64,000 bases of DNA from the human T2T-CHM13v2.0 reference genome, Homo sapiens, in assembly GCF_009914755.1 (NCBI RefSeq), contig NC_060938.1. One strand, written 5' to 3'. Made by a program: the position numbers and the translations under genes. How positions within the stretch are numbered: position 1 is the first letter of the stretch; every line of letters starts with the position of its first letter. Under the pieces are notes generated by a model that did no database searches, was not told where the DNA came from, and saw only the letters and a list, made by a program, of their open reading frames with translations. Shown here piece by piece: positions 1-14,043 of the stretch.

Positions 1-1500
1 TTCATACTTGTCTAATATTTTTGATATGTACAAATATGTATCTACCTTATTACTTTAGTGAGATGGGACTCATGTTCTCTCATACACAAATACATATATC
101 TTATGTATTTAAAACATATCCATATCTATAAATTATATTTTATAAGACTCACATATCCATATCTATAAATTCTATTTTATAAGACTCTAGCTAAAACTGA
201 GTAGTGTTTTAAGAATTGTTAAAAAGGCAGACACGTCTTGGGATGCTAGCAGGTGGGAAGTATGATCTGTCCTTAATAAAACATGATTAATCTCACAAAA
301 AAGGAAAAACTCTCCCATTTAAGGCCCAGAGAACTAGGCTAAACCAGAAAACAGAGAGGCTTGTGTTGGGGAGTACTTTTGACAGATCCCTCACCCCCAT
401 CCGCACAGCCACCCACAACATAGGTGTATATTGTCTCTGTATGATTTCGTATCTGGTGCTGTTCTGCACTTCTCAGTTTGGGGGCTGAATTCCTCAGCAT
501 CCTTGCCACATTACAGAAATAGAAAGCCCAATATCATAGTCACACCACCACCCCACTTGCCACCCACAATGTAACAGAAGAGCAGGCAGCCCTCAGTTTC
601 CGAAAGGGTTGTATTCTCAATGTTACTTTATAAATTCTCAGAGCTCAGATTATATTTTCCAGAGAAATGGTATATTCTCTTTCCAGAACTCAAACACCTA
701 CTAACCCAGAATATTCCCAATGTCCTAGTCAAGAGATACTATAGTCAAGTACCTGGCCACATAGGAAATGCTTTCTAAAAGGGTATGTATTTGGAATTTT
801 AGGTTAGGATACCAATGACATATTTTTCACCATTACAGATTTGATAACAAGATCTGGGCTACCCAAACACCTACTTGCTGTCTGCAAAGATCCTAGGCTA
901 GTTAGTTCTTTATCCAGGTTCATGGCAAAGTTTGAGAGGAGATTCAAAGGTAAGAAAGGGGCTCCAGCTGGAAAAGGACATGGTGAGGTGCTGGACTTGA
1001 TGTGCTGGGAAGGGGTGAGGAGGAGGGTGAGATATATGTGAGGGGCATAATGGGAGCAGTGGGAATTGGGAGACACAGGGAGAAGAAACGAAAGCTGAAG
1101 GAGTGGACTTTGAGGGTTAACAAAGAAGAGAAGCAGAACATAATTCAATTCAATTCAACATACTTTGTTGATCACCCAATCTGGTATGTGCCAGAAAAGT
1201 GAGCAAAGTTGAATGAGATATGTTCTCCACAGGCGAGATCTCCTGTAAGGGAAGGAGAAAGGGACATATGCAGATTTGCATTCTTGGAGCAGATCTGTTC
1301 GGTTCCAGACTAGAGATGCAGAAAGGGCACAGAGAAGGAGAGATTTATCCTGACTTGAAGATGAGGGGACGTCTCATGGAAGAGGAGGCAGTTAAGCTAG
1401 ACCTGAGGATGCTAAGTGCCTCACATAAGTAGGGAAAGAAAGCATAAGTCCAGTCTGGGAAAATGGTGAGTGAGATGAAATCCCACAGATAAGAAAGGTG

Positions 1501-1501
<1 letters not shown>

Positions 1502-1545
<44 letters not shown>
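1502..1545. repeat. (TG)n microsatellite
   Basis: About 22 perfect TG units. Confidence 0.95.
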
Positions 1546-1546
<1 letters not shown>

Positions 1547-2217
1547 TGGGGTGGGGGCGGGGGGATGACAACATGCCTACAGAATACAGGGGGATGTGAA
1601 AGAACAATTTACCTTCCAGAATAAACTTCCTTCTTTAGCACTATGCACATATTATCTTGGCCTCTAATGAGACTGCAATCCTGCGGGCAAGTTGTGGTTC
1701 TCATGGGATAGAAGAAGTGAGGATGGGAGAGGGTACCGAGGAGGGGCTCTGGGACTTTGAGAATTTGGCAGTTTGGGGCTAGTGGGCAAGGAGATTTTTC
1801 CCACTTCTTGCTTCTCTAGATCAACTACTACCTGGCCTATTGTATGACTCTCAGATGCTAATGTGGTGGGAGTAAAGAAGGAAGCATGTCCTTGGAGCCC
1901 AGATTATATTTCAGGGTATCCAAGGCATCAGAGAAGGGAAACACAGGGGAAGGAAATTTTTAGAGGAAATGTGGAGGCTTGGAATGCTCCACATTTATAC
2001 AATGTTTACACACTCAACATTGTATAAAACCAGTATGAAAGACAGGATTAGTCTGAATTTCATGAAACATTCTCTTGGGCCCCTCCTGCCCACAACTTCT
2101 TTTAAAAGGAAAAATGAAGTGCCCAATCCTCACATTTCTTCCCATGCAAGTGAACCCCTGAAGAATGGATGCTGAGGTTGGGGCTGCTCTCTGATCAGCA
2201 AATTCTGAGATACTAGA

Positions 2218-2500
2218 AAAAAAGAAGGAGGAAGAGGAAGAGAAGCATGAGGAAGAAAAAGAAGGATAAGAGGAAGAAAAAGAGGGAGAAGGAAGAAGAA
2301 AGGAGGAGGAGGAAGAAGGAAAAGGAGAAGAGGAAGGAGGAGGAGAAAGAGGAGGAGGAAGGAGGAAGGAGAAAGGAGGAGGAGAAGGAGGAGAATGAGG
2401 AAGGAGAAAGGAGGAGGAGGAAAGAGGATGAGGAAAGAGAAAGGAAGGAGAGAGGAGGAGGAGGAGGAAGAAGAAGAAGAATAACAAGAAGGAGAAGAAG
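2218..2500. repeat. GA-rich low-complexity polypurine tract
   Basis: Mosaic of GGA/GAA units, almost no pyrimidines on +. Confidence 0.9.
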
Positions 2501-3914
2501 AATCATTTTTCCAAATATTTGTCAAAAGCATAATGCTTCTATTAAAATGTTGAAGTGCATATTTATGTTTCAGGAATTTGGGGAGAGGACAAATGTGTAC
2601 AAGGAGGCAGTCACTCCTGTAAGTGCTGCACACATACAGGGCCTTCAAAGCAAAGAGAGAGTTCTGCATTTCAGGGAAGGCAAATGGCTATGGACATTCA
2701 CAGAAACCTGGAGAAAGTGGATGGCTCCTGGGTGGATAGCAACACTGATAGGTACAAAGCGAAGAAGGAGGTGGGTAGCTTTCGGACTCTACTTTATCAT
2801 CTTTTAGGGCCTGTGTATCTGACTACTGCTGGGATTGAATCTGCTGGATGTCTACAGCTGGAGGTTAGGGGATTTCACACTTAAAGTATGGGTGTGTGCA
2901 TGCATGCTGTCTGTGGCCTGTTTGTTTGACCTCAGTCTTAATGATGAACTACCAGGAAAATGGAATTTGAGGCACTCACTACCTCTTGGCCATTCCTCAA
3001 GTGAAAGGACACAAAGACTTTATATTAAGATTTATAGCAACTTCAAAGCTATAATTTTGGGTCTTGAACACATCCTTTAATGGAATTCTTTTGTTAACCA
3101 CACATATAGAAATCTCCATGTTTTCAGCCACAGAATACCACATCTATATAACAGACTAGGCAAATATTGGCATATTTCTTTTAAAAGATTACCAATCTTA
3201 CCATTTAAATGAATATGCTGAAATTTAAGTATTATGTTCATATCTTTACACTTTGAAAAACAGGAAGACATCCCTCTGCCCTAGCTCAGGAGCTCAGGTG
3301 AAATGATAAAATCCGGGGAAAACATGTTTTGGTACTTTGGTAAATGTGTGTGTGTTTATCTCATTCATTAGTAACCAGAGACAAGCAGGAACATGTTAAC
3401 CATCAAATCAGGAGGTGGGAGATCCTGGATCTGATTTTTACTTGTTTCTATCCATTTTTGAGCACTATGCCTTTCTAGGATTTGAATTTCTCCTCTGTAA
3501 AATGAGGGAGGTAATAAATGGCTCTTAATGAAAGGTAATAAATAGTAATAAATGAAGTAATAAATGGTTCTTCAACATTTCTGGGTCACGAAGTTCTTTA
3601 AAAATATAAAGAAATCTTTGGACTTTTTTTCCAGAAAAAAAATGCATACCCAAAGTAAATTGAATATAGTTTTGGAAAGGAGTTTTTATCTTATCCTACC
3701 ATAGATATTATGTACTACACAACTCCGGGGGCACAATTCACAGACTGTGGTGTAAATGACACCACCTTGGAGGTGGGCAAAGAGGTGACTCTCTTTATAG
3801 CAGTACCTTGAACTCCAAGCTAAGAACTCTTTTGCCAGATGAGCTTTAAGATTCTCTCTGGATCTGAATTTCTTCAATTCCAGAAATGTCATTATTATTA
3901 CCAACAACCCTATA

Positions 3915-4423
3915 CTAATCTGGTTAGGCCATCTTTACAAAATACTACAGAATGTGTAGCTTAAACAACAGAAATGTATTTATTTTATTTTTTATTTTTA
4001 TTTTTTTGAGACAGGGTCTTGCTCTGTTGCCCAGGCTAGAGTGCAGTGGTGACTCACATGGCTCACTGCAACTTCCGCCTCCCAGGTTCAAGCGCTTCTC
4101 CCACCTCAGCCTCCCAGGTAGCTGGGGTTACAGAAGCCCACCACCATGCCTGGCTAATTTTTGCATTTTTAGTAGAGACAGGGTTTCACCATGTTGGCCA
4201 AGCTGGTCTCAAACTCCTGACCTCAAGTGATCTGCCTGCCTTGGCCTCCCAGAGTGCTGGGATTATAGGCATGAGCCATCATGTCCGGCCAACAATAGGA
4301 ATTCATTTTCTCACAGTTTTAGAGGCTGGAAGTCCAAGCTTAAGGTGTCACAAAGTTAGGTTTCTTCTGAGATCTCCTCTCTCCTTGGCTTGCAAATGGC
4401 TGCCTTCTCTGTGTGTTTACATG

Positions 4424-4466
<43 letters not shown>

Positions 4467-4635
4467 CATGTATGTCCCCAAACTCCGAGTGTTTCTTTGC
4501 CTTCTTATAAGGACACCAGTATATTAGATTAGTGCCTCACCCTTATGACCTCACTTAACCTTAATTACCTCTTTCAAGGCTGTATCTCCAAATTCAATAT
4601 AGGAATTTTAAGAGAACACAATTCAGTCTGTAACA
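3915..4635. mobile_element. MaLR LTR (MLT1-type) interrupted by an Alu and a (TG)n
   Basis: Typical MLT1 motifs (CTTAAACAACAGAAAT, CTCACAGTTTTAGAGGCTGGAAGTCCAAG, CTTCTTATAAGGACACCAG). Confidence 0.7.
3980..4290 (-). mobile_element. AluS
   Basis: Full dimer reading as reverse complement, T-rich tail at left. Confidence 0.9.
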
Positions 4636-5131
4636 AATCCCAAACTGATAAACACATTGCAGAGAGTAACTAGAAAAATCAAAACATCTTTCAGATCCCT
4701 TCTACATGCAAATAAGTCTATCAAAAATTAGAATGAAGTATGCTACTTTTCAAAATGGGAATTTATGATAAATAACCAGAATTTATCTGCTACTATGCTT
4801 ACTAAAGGGGAAACTGTTACAGAGGTTTATTTAGTATTACATATACACGCATGTATATATCTAGTATATATGTGTGTGTATATATACATTTATTTAAAAA
4901 CTAACTTGATGTTGTATAAAATAAATTAACTTTTAAATTAACTGGCCAAATGTCGTATATAGTAGGACAAAGAATGAGTTAAGATGGAAAAAATTTTAAT
5001 AACCTATAAACATTCTTAGTTTTTGTTTTTCTTTGGGTCCTCCAAGTGATCATCTTCGTGTAACATAAATCAAACAACCAAAAATCTCTTCCACATCTGG
5101 TAAGTGAGGGTAGGAGGAATGGGGGTTGCTC

Positions 5132-5162
<31 letters not shown>

Positions 5163-7260
5163 CCTGATTTTTCTTTAACTATAATGGAGGATCAGGGGCT
5201 GAGAAGAAAAGGCCAAGAGTTTCTTGTCATTTTTATTTATGTATTTATTATTTCTCCCCCAGTGCCACATATAGTAACCACCACCTTCTGAGTAATTCCC
5301 GAAGCAACAACCATTCTACACCCCACCCCCAGTTACCCTAGTGCCAATGGTAGCTAAAGAAGAGAAATGTTCAAGAAGAAGATTTACATATTGCTGGATG
5401 TTCTTATTCTTAAAGCCTCACCACGATTCTATGGCTGTATAGTCCATTCAGCAATGAGTCAAGCCTGTGAGTTAGCAGTGTTACAGACTCACCAAGAATG
5501 TATGGCACCACCCAATAGCATACTGTCCTTTCATCCTTTTTTGCTTTGCATGTACTGACCTTTTTCTCTATTCATCTTCTGTACACCGACAAGGTATACA
5601 TTTTAGGAAATTACATCTATCAGGCACAATGACTCCCTCTGTGATGTTTCACTCCCACGCAACACTCCCTTGGATGAAATGGCTTGCTCTCTGCCTGAAT
5701 TGGGCTAAGATATATGCCTGCTGAGGGCTTCTGCCCTCCCATCTCTCTTCTACCACCCCTGCCTTGTGAATTATCTTCTTTATTCCTAGGGAATCTACAG
5801 TAAATACTTTGTCATCTATAGTCATTTGCTTGAAATTAACAGGTGGGTGGTTGGCCAAGCAAGGCAGGAGAGACGTGGGACAGGAAAAATAAATAGTAGG
5901 CACAAGCATACCAGCAGGTGTTATTATTCCAAAGCTGTGTAGCTCTTTAGCCCCTGTTTCTATTATAAAAATTAAAATTTTTAAAAGGCACCTGGGAATC
6001 TATAGGAGAGAGTCAGTGGTTAAGTGAGTTGCCTGATATCTGGCAATTAATGTTTGAGCCAGGGACTAAAATCCAGATATTTTTGATTCCTAAAGTGTGA
6101 TTAAAATATGTCTCAACCATGACATATTAAACTATTGGAAATCATACGTAATACAGTCCTTTCTATATTACTTCAAAACCTGGTTTAAAGAAACAAAAGT
6201 ATGATTTTTTTCATGACTTTTCAAAAGCCTTCTGATTTTCTCCAGCTATAAAGGTTATATATATATATAACCTTTAGAGCCAAATATATATGCTTTCTCT
6301 TCTTTCTCTTAAAGGTAAGCTTTATGCTCATTATTGGGACTGATGTTATTGATCATATCAGACTTCTCTTTTGGAATAATGTTTCCAGGATTTTCACTTT
6401 GAGAGGATCAAAACCCAAAAAACATCAGATGCATTTTTCTGGCATTTAGTTCCCAGGTTGGGCAGTACATTTTCAAAGTATAATTGATTTTGTCAAGGTC
6501 TTGAGTTTGGGAGTGAAGACTGGAGTATCAGGAAATGTACATCTCTAGCCATCAACTAGTAACAAGAATGGCGTAAATGTTCTAGGGACTCACTCTGACA
6601 TCCAAAGGGAAGGGAGCAACTTCTGAGATTAAGAGACCTTTGGTTTTGTGATGGGAACACAAAAAGTAAACCTATTTGTCCATATCTCCTAAGACTCCAA
6701 CAAATTATATGAACAACTGCAAGTTATCTGAATATGGAATGAATTATGGATCATCAACTAATTTAATGTAACCCCAGGTTGCAATTCCCGTTTTTAGAGA
6801 GGTAACACAAAATATTTTTAATCTCTAAATTGTAAATTGCTCAAGCACCATGTAATAAATATCAATATCTAACACAAATGTTTTGGTCATCACTTAACTA
6901 TCATATATATAATTGAAAGTTGACTGTAAGTATTGCACAGGAGGGCACAAAAGATATGTAAACTAATTATTATCCAGTAGTCCACACTGACTATCATTTG
7001 TATGTCATTTGTTTTATTTTATTGCAAAGTAGGCATGTTGACACGTGTGTTGGGTGACCTGTTATAAACATATAGAAAAACAAAAGGAGAGAAAGAGAGA
7101 TAATAATTTGATCACAGTTCTCTTTCTAAAAGCATTGCTTTAATATTCTCTTATATACAGGTAGTGATAATTAAGGATATAGAATTATTTTCTAAACACG
7201 CATAAATTTATAGTTAAGAGAAAGCATCTCATTTCAATGATAAAATGAGAGATCATTTAA

Positions 7261-7673
7261 TTTTTTTTTTTTTTTTGAGACAGAGTCTCTCTCTATTTCC
7301 CAGGCTGGAGTGTAGTGGTGCAATCTTGGCTCACTGCAACCTGCACCTCCCAGGCTCAACCGTTCTCATGCCTCAGCTTCCCTAGTAGCTGGGATTACAA
7401 GCATGCACCACCACACCCAGCTAAGTTTTGTATTTTTAGTAGAGAGGGGGTTTCACCATGTTGGCCAGGCTGGTCTTGAACTCCTGGCCTCAAGTGATCC
7501 CCCTGACTTGGCCTCCCAAACTGCTAGGTGAGCTACCACACCCAGCTAAGTTTTGTATTTTTAGTAGAGAGGGGGTTTCACCATGTTGGCCAGGCTGGTC
7601 TTGAACTCCTGGCCTCAAGTGATTCCCCCTGACTTGGCCTCCCAAACTGCTGGGTGAGCTACCACACCCAGCT
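7261..7673 (-). mobile_element. Alu with tandemly duplicated left monomer
   Basis: TSD GAGATCATTTAA on both sides; ~125-bp unit repeated at 7410-7534 and 7535-7660. Confidence 0.9.
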
Positions 7674-8064
7674 GAGATCATTTAATTTTTGATCACAACT
7701 ATTGGGAGTATTTTAAAATTGTAATTGACGTAGACTGGTATGACATTGGGGACTGATGATATGGAATGTTATTGCTGATTCTTCAGTATGTGGACTTCTT
7801 GCATTATGTTCCATATATTCTTAAAAGAATGGGGCTCTCATATAATTTTATTTCAGATATGTCCATTATTTCTGGACTGTTAGTTATGCCATTTAAATTA
7901 GGTATAGCCTTGCTACCTTTTTCCAGCTTATCAGTTTTAAGAAAGATATGGTAAATTTATTCAACTAATGGTAAACACTTTTTCTAAACATTGTTCTAGG
8001 TTCTGAAGAATCGACAGTGATTGAAGAAACAAAAACATTTACTCCCATGGAACATACATTTTAG

Positions 8065-8300
8065 TGGGTTTTTTAAATCACAGATTTGTCATTTTTTTTA
8101 GTCAGTGTGTGCTTTATATATTTTGAGGTTATGTTATTAGGTGATACAGATCAGGACTGTTACAGCTGATCTAGTTAATTGTTTTTCTTCAGGATATAAC
8201 GATGTTTTTAGATGTAAAGTCTATTTTGTCTGGCAATAATATTTCCGTATCTGTTTTCTTTTGGTTAACATGTTTCAAGCATATTAGTTAGAATATTTGT
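8065..8300 (-). mobile_element. Old L1M fragment (endonuclease region)
   Basis: Degenerate motifs TGCTTTATATATTTTGAGG and AAAGTCTATTTTGTCTG typical of antisense ancient L1 ORF2. Confidence 0.55.
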
Positions 8301-8803
8301 TTGACAGTATGGTAGTTCTGCTTCTCTAGGTCACCTCCAGATCCAGGTTGCCTTTTTCTTGTTGCTCAGCCACAGCACATTGGGCAACCTATCAGTTCAG
8401 CAAATGTTAACCAGAAGAAAACATGTGGTAATGTCCACATGGGCAAAGTTGGCTCATCACCTCATCCACATTCCAGAAAAGGGGCAAAGAGAAAGCAGAA
8501 AGAAAACGTCAGCCTCTTAAGGTATGACTTAGAACTTGCACACATAAATTGCATAGGATTTAGCAACAGAATAGTAATGCCATTTAGACCGTAGACACAG
8601 TAGATAGGTGGTTTGGGTTCAAATACTGGCTCTGGCACCTCCTGGCTGTGTGAGTATAGACAAGTTACAATCTATGCCTCATTTTCTCCAATTGTAAAAC
8701 AGAGATACTTATAATAATATATATCTTATACACATTAATCAAGTATTGGTTATTATTATTACCTTTATTTTTCTTCTGCAGTTTCTAGAATGCCTTTGTT
8801 TAA

Positions 8804-9249
<446 letters not shown>

Positions 9250-11254
9250 TATTTTTCTTATTTTGTACTGAAGTTTATGATACTGTAGGAGCTATGCATG
9301 CCTCACTCTAGAAGAAAATTCCAGCTATTCTGACATTAATATAGCATATGATACTAAACAAGTCACTCTCTTCTGTATCTGAGTTTATCCTAGGTATCTC
9401 CTGAATAGCTAACATCCTTCTTTTTCTTACCGGCGACTGAGGAGAGATGGCCTTGTGTTGGTTAGACAGAGCAAAGTAGTTCTGCAGTCTGTCCCACGGT
9501 TCTCAGGCTACACGTCTTTATTTAGGGTGATTCATTTTTATTTATGTTTAGCCCACCATAGTTCCATGCTGAAGAGGTAAGGAACAATAGGGTAAGCAAG
9601 CCAGCCAGCATATTCTTCCCATACCGATGAGCTTTTCACCAGAGGAAAATGCCCTCTCAGATCACAGAAACAGTAGCTGTGTAGGTGTTGCTAGTGGAGA
9701 AAAAAAAATGTTTGGTATTTAAAATAGAAACATAAAATTGTTAATAAGTCTACAGACAACTTGTATTGCATGCAGAAATAAAAAATGAAGTCCTAGTACA
9801 ACAATACTGCTTAGTCTTGGATTCATTTTACAGAAGTTTAAGATTCCTCACCTCAATGAATGAGATTTTAATAAACAGAAGTGTATTAGAATATTTGCAG
9901 CATCCAGGCATTGGGTTTGAGCCTCAAAATAAGGCCAGGGATGACATTTAAGTAAATTCAGAAGTAAAAAGCAAATGGAAAACACTTTTAATGATGTGTC
10001 ACATAATGTAAAATGTGAAAAATAACTTAGAGGTTATATACTCCATCCTCTTGCTTCAGGGTCCCTAACAGGCATCTCTCACTTGAGCATACCCTGTGAT
10101 GGGGAGCTCACTGCCTTGCAGTGAATCTTTGATTTTGCTGTGGCTCCAAATGTTGGAAAGTGATTCCTTATGAGATAATTGCATATTTTGGAGGTTCCCC
10201 CACCACACACACATACACAGAAGAAATGTTCTCCCCTATAGTAATTCAAAATATCTCGATAGTATTGCACAAATATCCATTAAGTGTCTCCTATGGGCCT
10301 AAAACTGTGGACAATTGGAGATAAGGAATATTGTCGTTTTCATTTTGCCTGTGAGAAAAAGAGTTTTCGGAGGCTAGGTAACTTGTCCAAGGAAACGATT
10401 GAGCAGAGATTTGAACTTAAGCTCTCTGGCCCTGGAATTTAAGCTGTCTGGCTCTAGGACTAGGCCCTCATTCCCTGCATGATTTCAGAATTCATGATTC
10501 CATGAATCATGTAGGGAACCCAGATATAAATCAACTGATAATAACAGAATGTGGCAAGTGTGAACAGAACTGTACTTTAGGAAGCTAGGAAAGAACAACT
10601 AATTCTGCCTGTCCAGATTGGAAATAGTAAGTTTTGAAGACATAGACACCATCAATGCCAAAGTATTGTTATCATAATGTTGTTTCACCTATTTTAAGAA
10701 AAATCTGTTTCTTCTACCTATGACATAAACTTACATTTCAGTATCCCCCACCTCACCTCGTCATCAGTTTTAGAATGTGCTAAATTCTCAATACTACTGA
10801 GAAATGCCCTTATTCCCCATATTGCAAAGATTTCTGGGGCTGCTTAATAACACTTTGTACCTTCTGTTCAGAGAACATTCATCTTATTCTCCTCTCAAAT
10901 TCTCTGTTAAGTAAATTTAATACTACATAGCATCAAGAGGAAAGTGACCATTTATTTTAGATCTGTATCTATCTTAGACGATGTACTTTTCATGGAATAG
11001 TGAGTGAGACAGACACTTGAGTCAGGTGATGTTTGAACTAGGATGTTCCCAGAATTAAATGGTAGTCTCTTAAATTGGATCTCATGAGTACTTTAGTATC
11101 TGAAAAGTAACTACATGGAATAAATTAAACAGAGGAAAACTCCTGGCTATGCCATTATTAAACTTTTTTAAAAATATGGTCTTTATTTGACATTTCTGAG
11201 TATGGCAACCCATTCCTTGGAAATAAAGAATGTGGCTTCCAACACATGAGTTTC

Positions 11255-11520
11255 CCCCTCCCTCTCCCCTCCCCTCCCTTACCTTCCTCCTTCTTCCTTC
11301 CCCTTCCCTTTCTTTCCCTTCCCCTTTCTTTCCTTTCCCCTTTTTTTCCCTTCCCTTCCCTCCCCTCCCACCCCTTACCTTCCCCCTTCCTGTCTCCTTT
11401 TTTCCCCTTCCCTCCCCTCCTCTTTCTTCCCCTTCCCTTTCCCTGGCCTGCCCTTTCCTTCCCTTTCTCCCTTCCCTCCCTTCCTCTTCCCTTCCCTTCT
11501 CCTGCCGTGCCTTGCCTTTC
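11255..11520. repeat. CT-rich (CCCTT/CCCCT-like) polypyrimidine tract
   Basis: About 265 nt of nearly pure C/T on +. Confidence 0.9.
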
Positions 11521-12791
11521 TGTATCCCATGGAATACCTCTCTTTTGCATTGGAAGAAAAACTTGATCCCTTTTGGAGCTCTTTGGGCTTTAAAGGTTTA
11601 AGTGCCAAGTGAACGCTGGGCTTGTTTGCCTCCTTTAGGAAGCCCCGTGTGGATGATTCCACCCCTCATTGATAATCTTCTTACTTTACACTCCCCTTTC
11701 TCTGCCAATTTAAAATCATTCAAAATCAAGTTCATCATAATAGTGAACGTCAATTTACAATGCTCTTTTCCAAGATAACTTCTTTTCAAACCCTCAAAAC
11801 TATTCTATGAGGTAGAGATGATTCATAGTTGTACAGTTGAGGAAGCAGGCTCAAAAAGTTTAAGGTAACTTGTTCAAAGTCATATAGCCAGTGGACCCAG
11901 GATTTGAACTCTAGTCTTTTAACACTCAGTTTACGTGTTACCTTGTCTATGAATCCTTCTTGATGGTCCCTGCTTTCCCTGCCGTAGATCAGTAGATCAA
12001 TTCCATTCTCTATTCCCCTGTGTGCTTTGTTTATACCTTTGTTCTAGCACTTATCACATTGTATTTGGGAAGCAGTGTATTTAAATGGATTTGTGGCTGG
12101 TCTAATTTGGTTTAGGTTTTTTTTTTTTTTTTTTCCTGTTAGTTTATTTACTTCCTAAGGCCTGAAATCTCTTCTTCATTATTTGACCTGCTGGACTTCA
12201 TGCAGTGCTTTGCCCATAGTATGTATAAATTTAGTGTTCATGGAGAAAATGAATCAATGCACCAAAGTGAAGGACAGGGGCTGCGGTTTCTTTGTATCCT
12301 GAGTGGAACCTAGTTCAGAGGTACAGTCACAATCACTTTTAAAAAAATGTTGAATAATAATGAAATACTACATAAATCCAATAGAAATTCTTAAAATATT
12401 TAGAAGGCATGTTTTCTAGGAAGAAGGCTAATTATTAGAATTTATTTTTTATTCTAGAGAAGAAAGAGAGAAAATAAAGAATTAAAGAAATAGGAAAGAG
12501 AAGTCACTAGAGAGCCCTTTCACGTCCCAGAGCAGATTAGGATCTTGAGAGCTCTACCCTACTCTGACAAATAATTACTTATAAAACAATTCTGGGGTTT
12601 CATAGCCTGCATTACCTGGTTCCAGGGACCAATCATGAGCTTCGTTGTTTTGGAGTTGGCTTGGAGGACATTTATAAGAAACATGTGATGAAGTTGCCCC
12701 TTTTTCTGCAGAAGATAGGCAAAGAGAATCCCATGAGTTGGGTAACATGTGGGACAGATTTTGCATTCCGTGATTTGAAATTATGGGTGGG

Positions 12792-13119
<328 letters not shown>

Positions 13120-13252
13120 TTACTCCCTGCCCTGGAGATTTGTATAAACAGGAAAAGAAGACTGTTTTCTTGTTTAGTCTTTTAAACTAAAGACTTTTCT
13201 CTCATCTGGAGAAAAAAATAATAATGGTAGTAATAATAATAATAATAAAATG

Positions 13253-13575
<323 letters not shown>

Positions 13576-13713
13576 TCATTTTTGTGTGTCGGGTACTATT
13601 TCTAGACAATTTACATGTATTAACTTTAAACTTGACAACAAACCTATTAGATAGATGGTATGATTACTCCCATTTCACAGATGAAGAAACTAAACTACAA
13701 AGAAGCTAAGATC

Positions 13714-14043
<330 letters not shown>

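Noticed and set aside
2014-2807. Long ORFs (157-186 aa) rich in E/K/R or S/P/F/L
   Set aside because: Products of the stop-free GA-rich low-complexity tract; no splice or domain evidence.
3952-4510. Alu-derived ORFs here and at about 8864, 13344, 29169, 56905 and 63425
   Set aside because: Standard Alu translation artefacts.
11158-11662. Overlapping 95-130 aa ORFs
   Set aside because: Translation of the CT-rich repeat.
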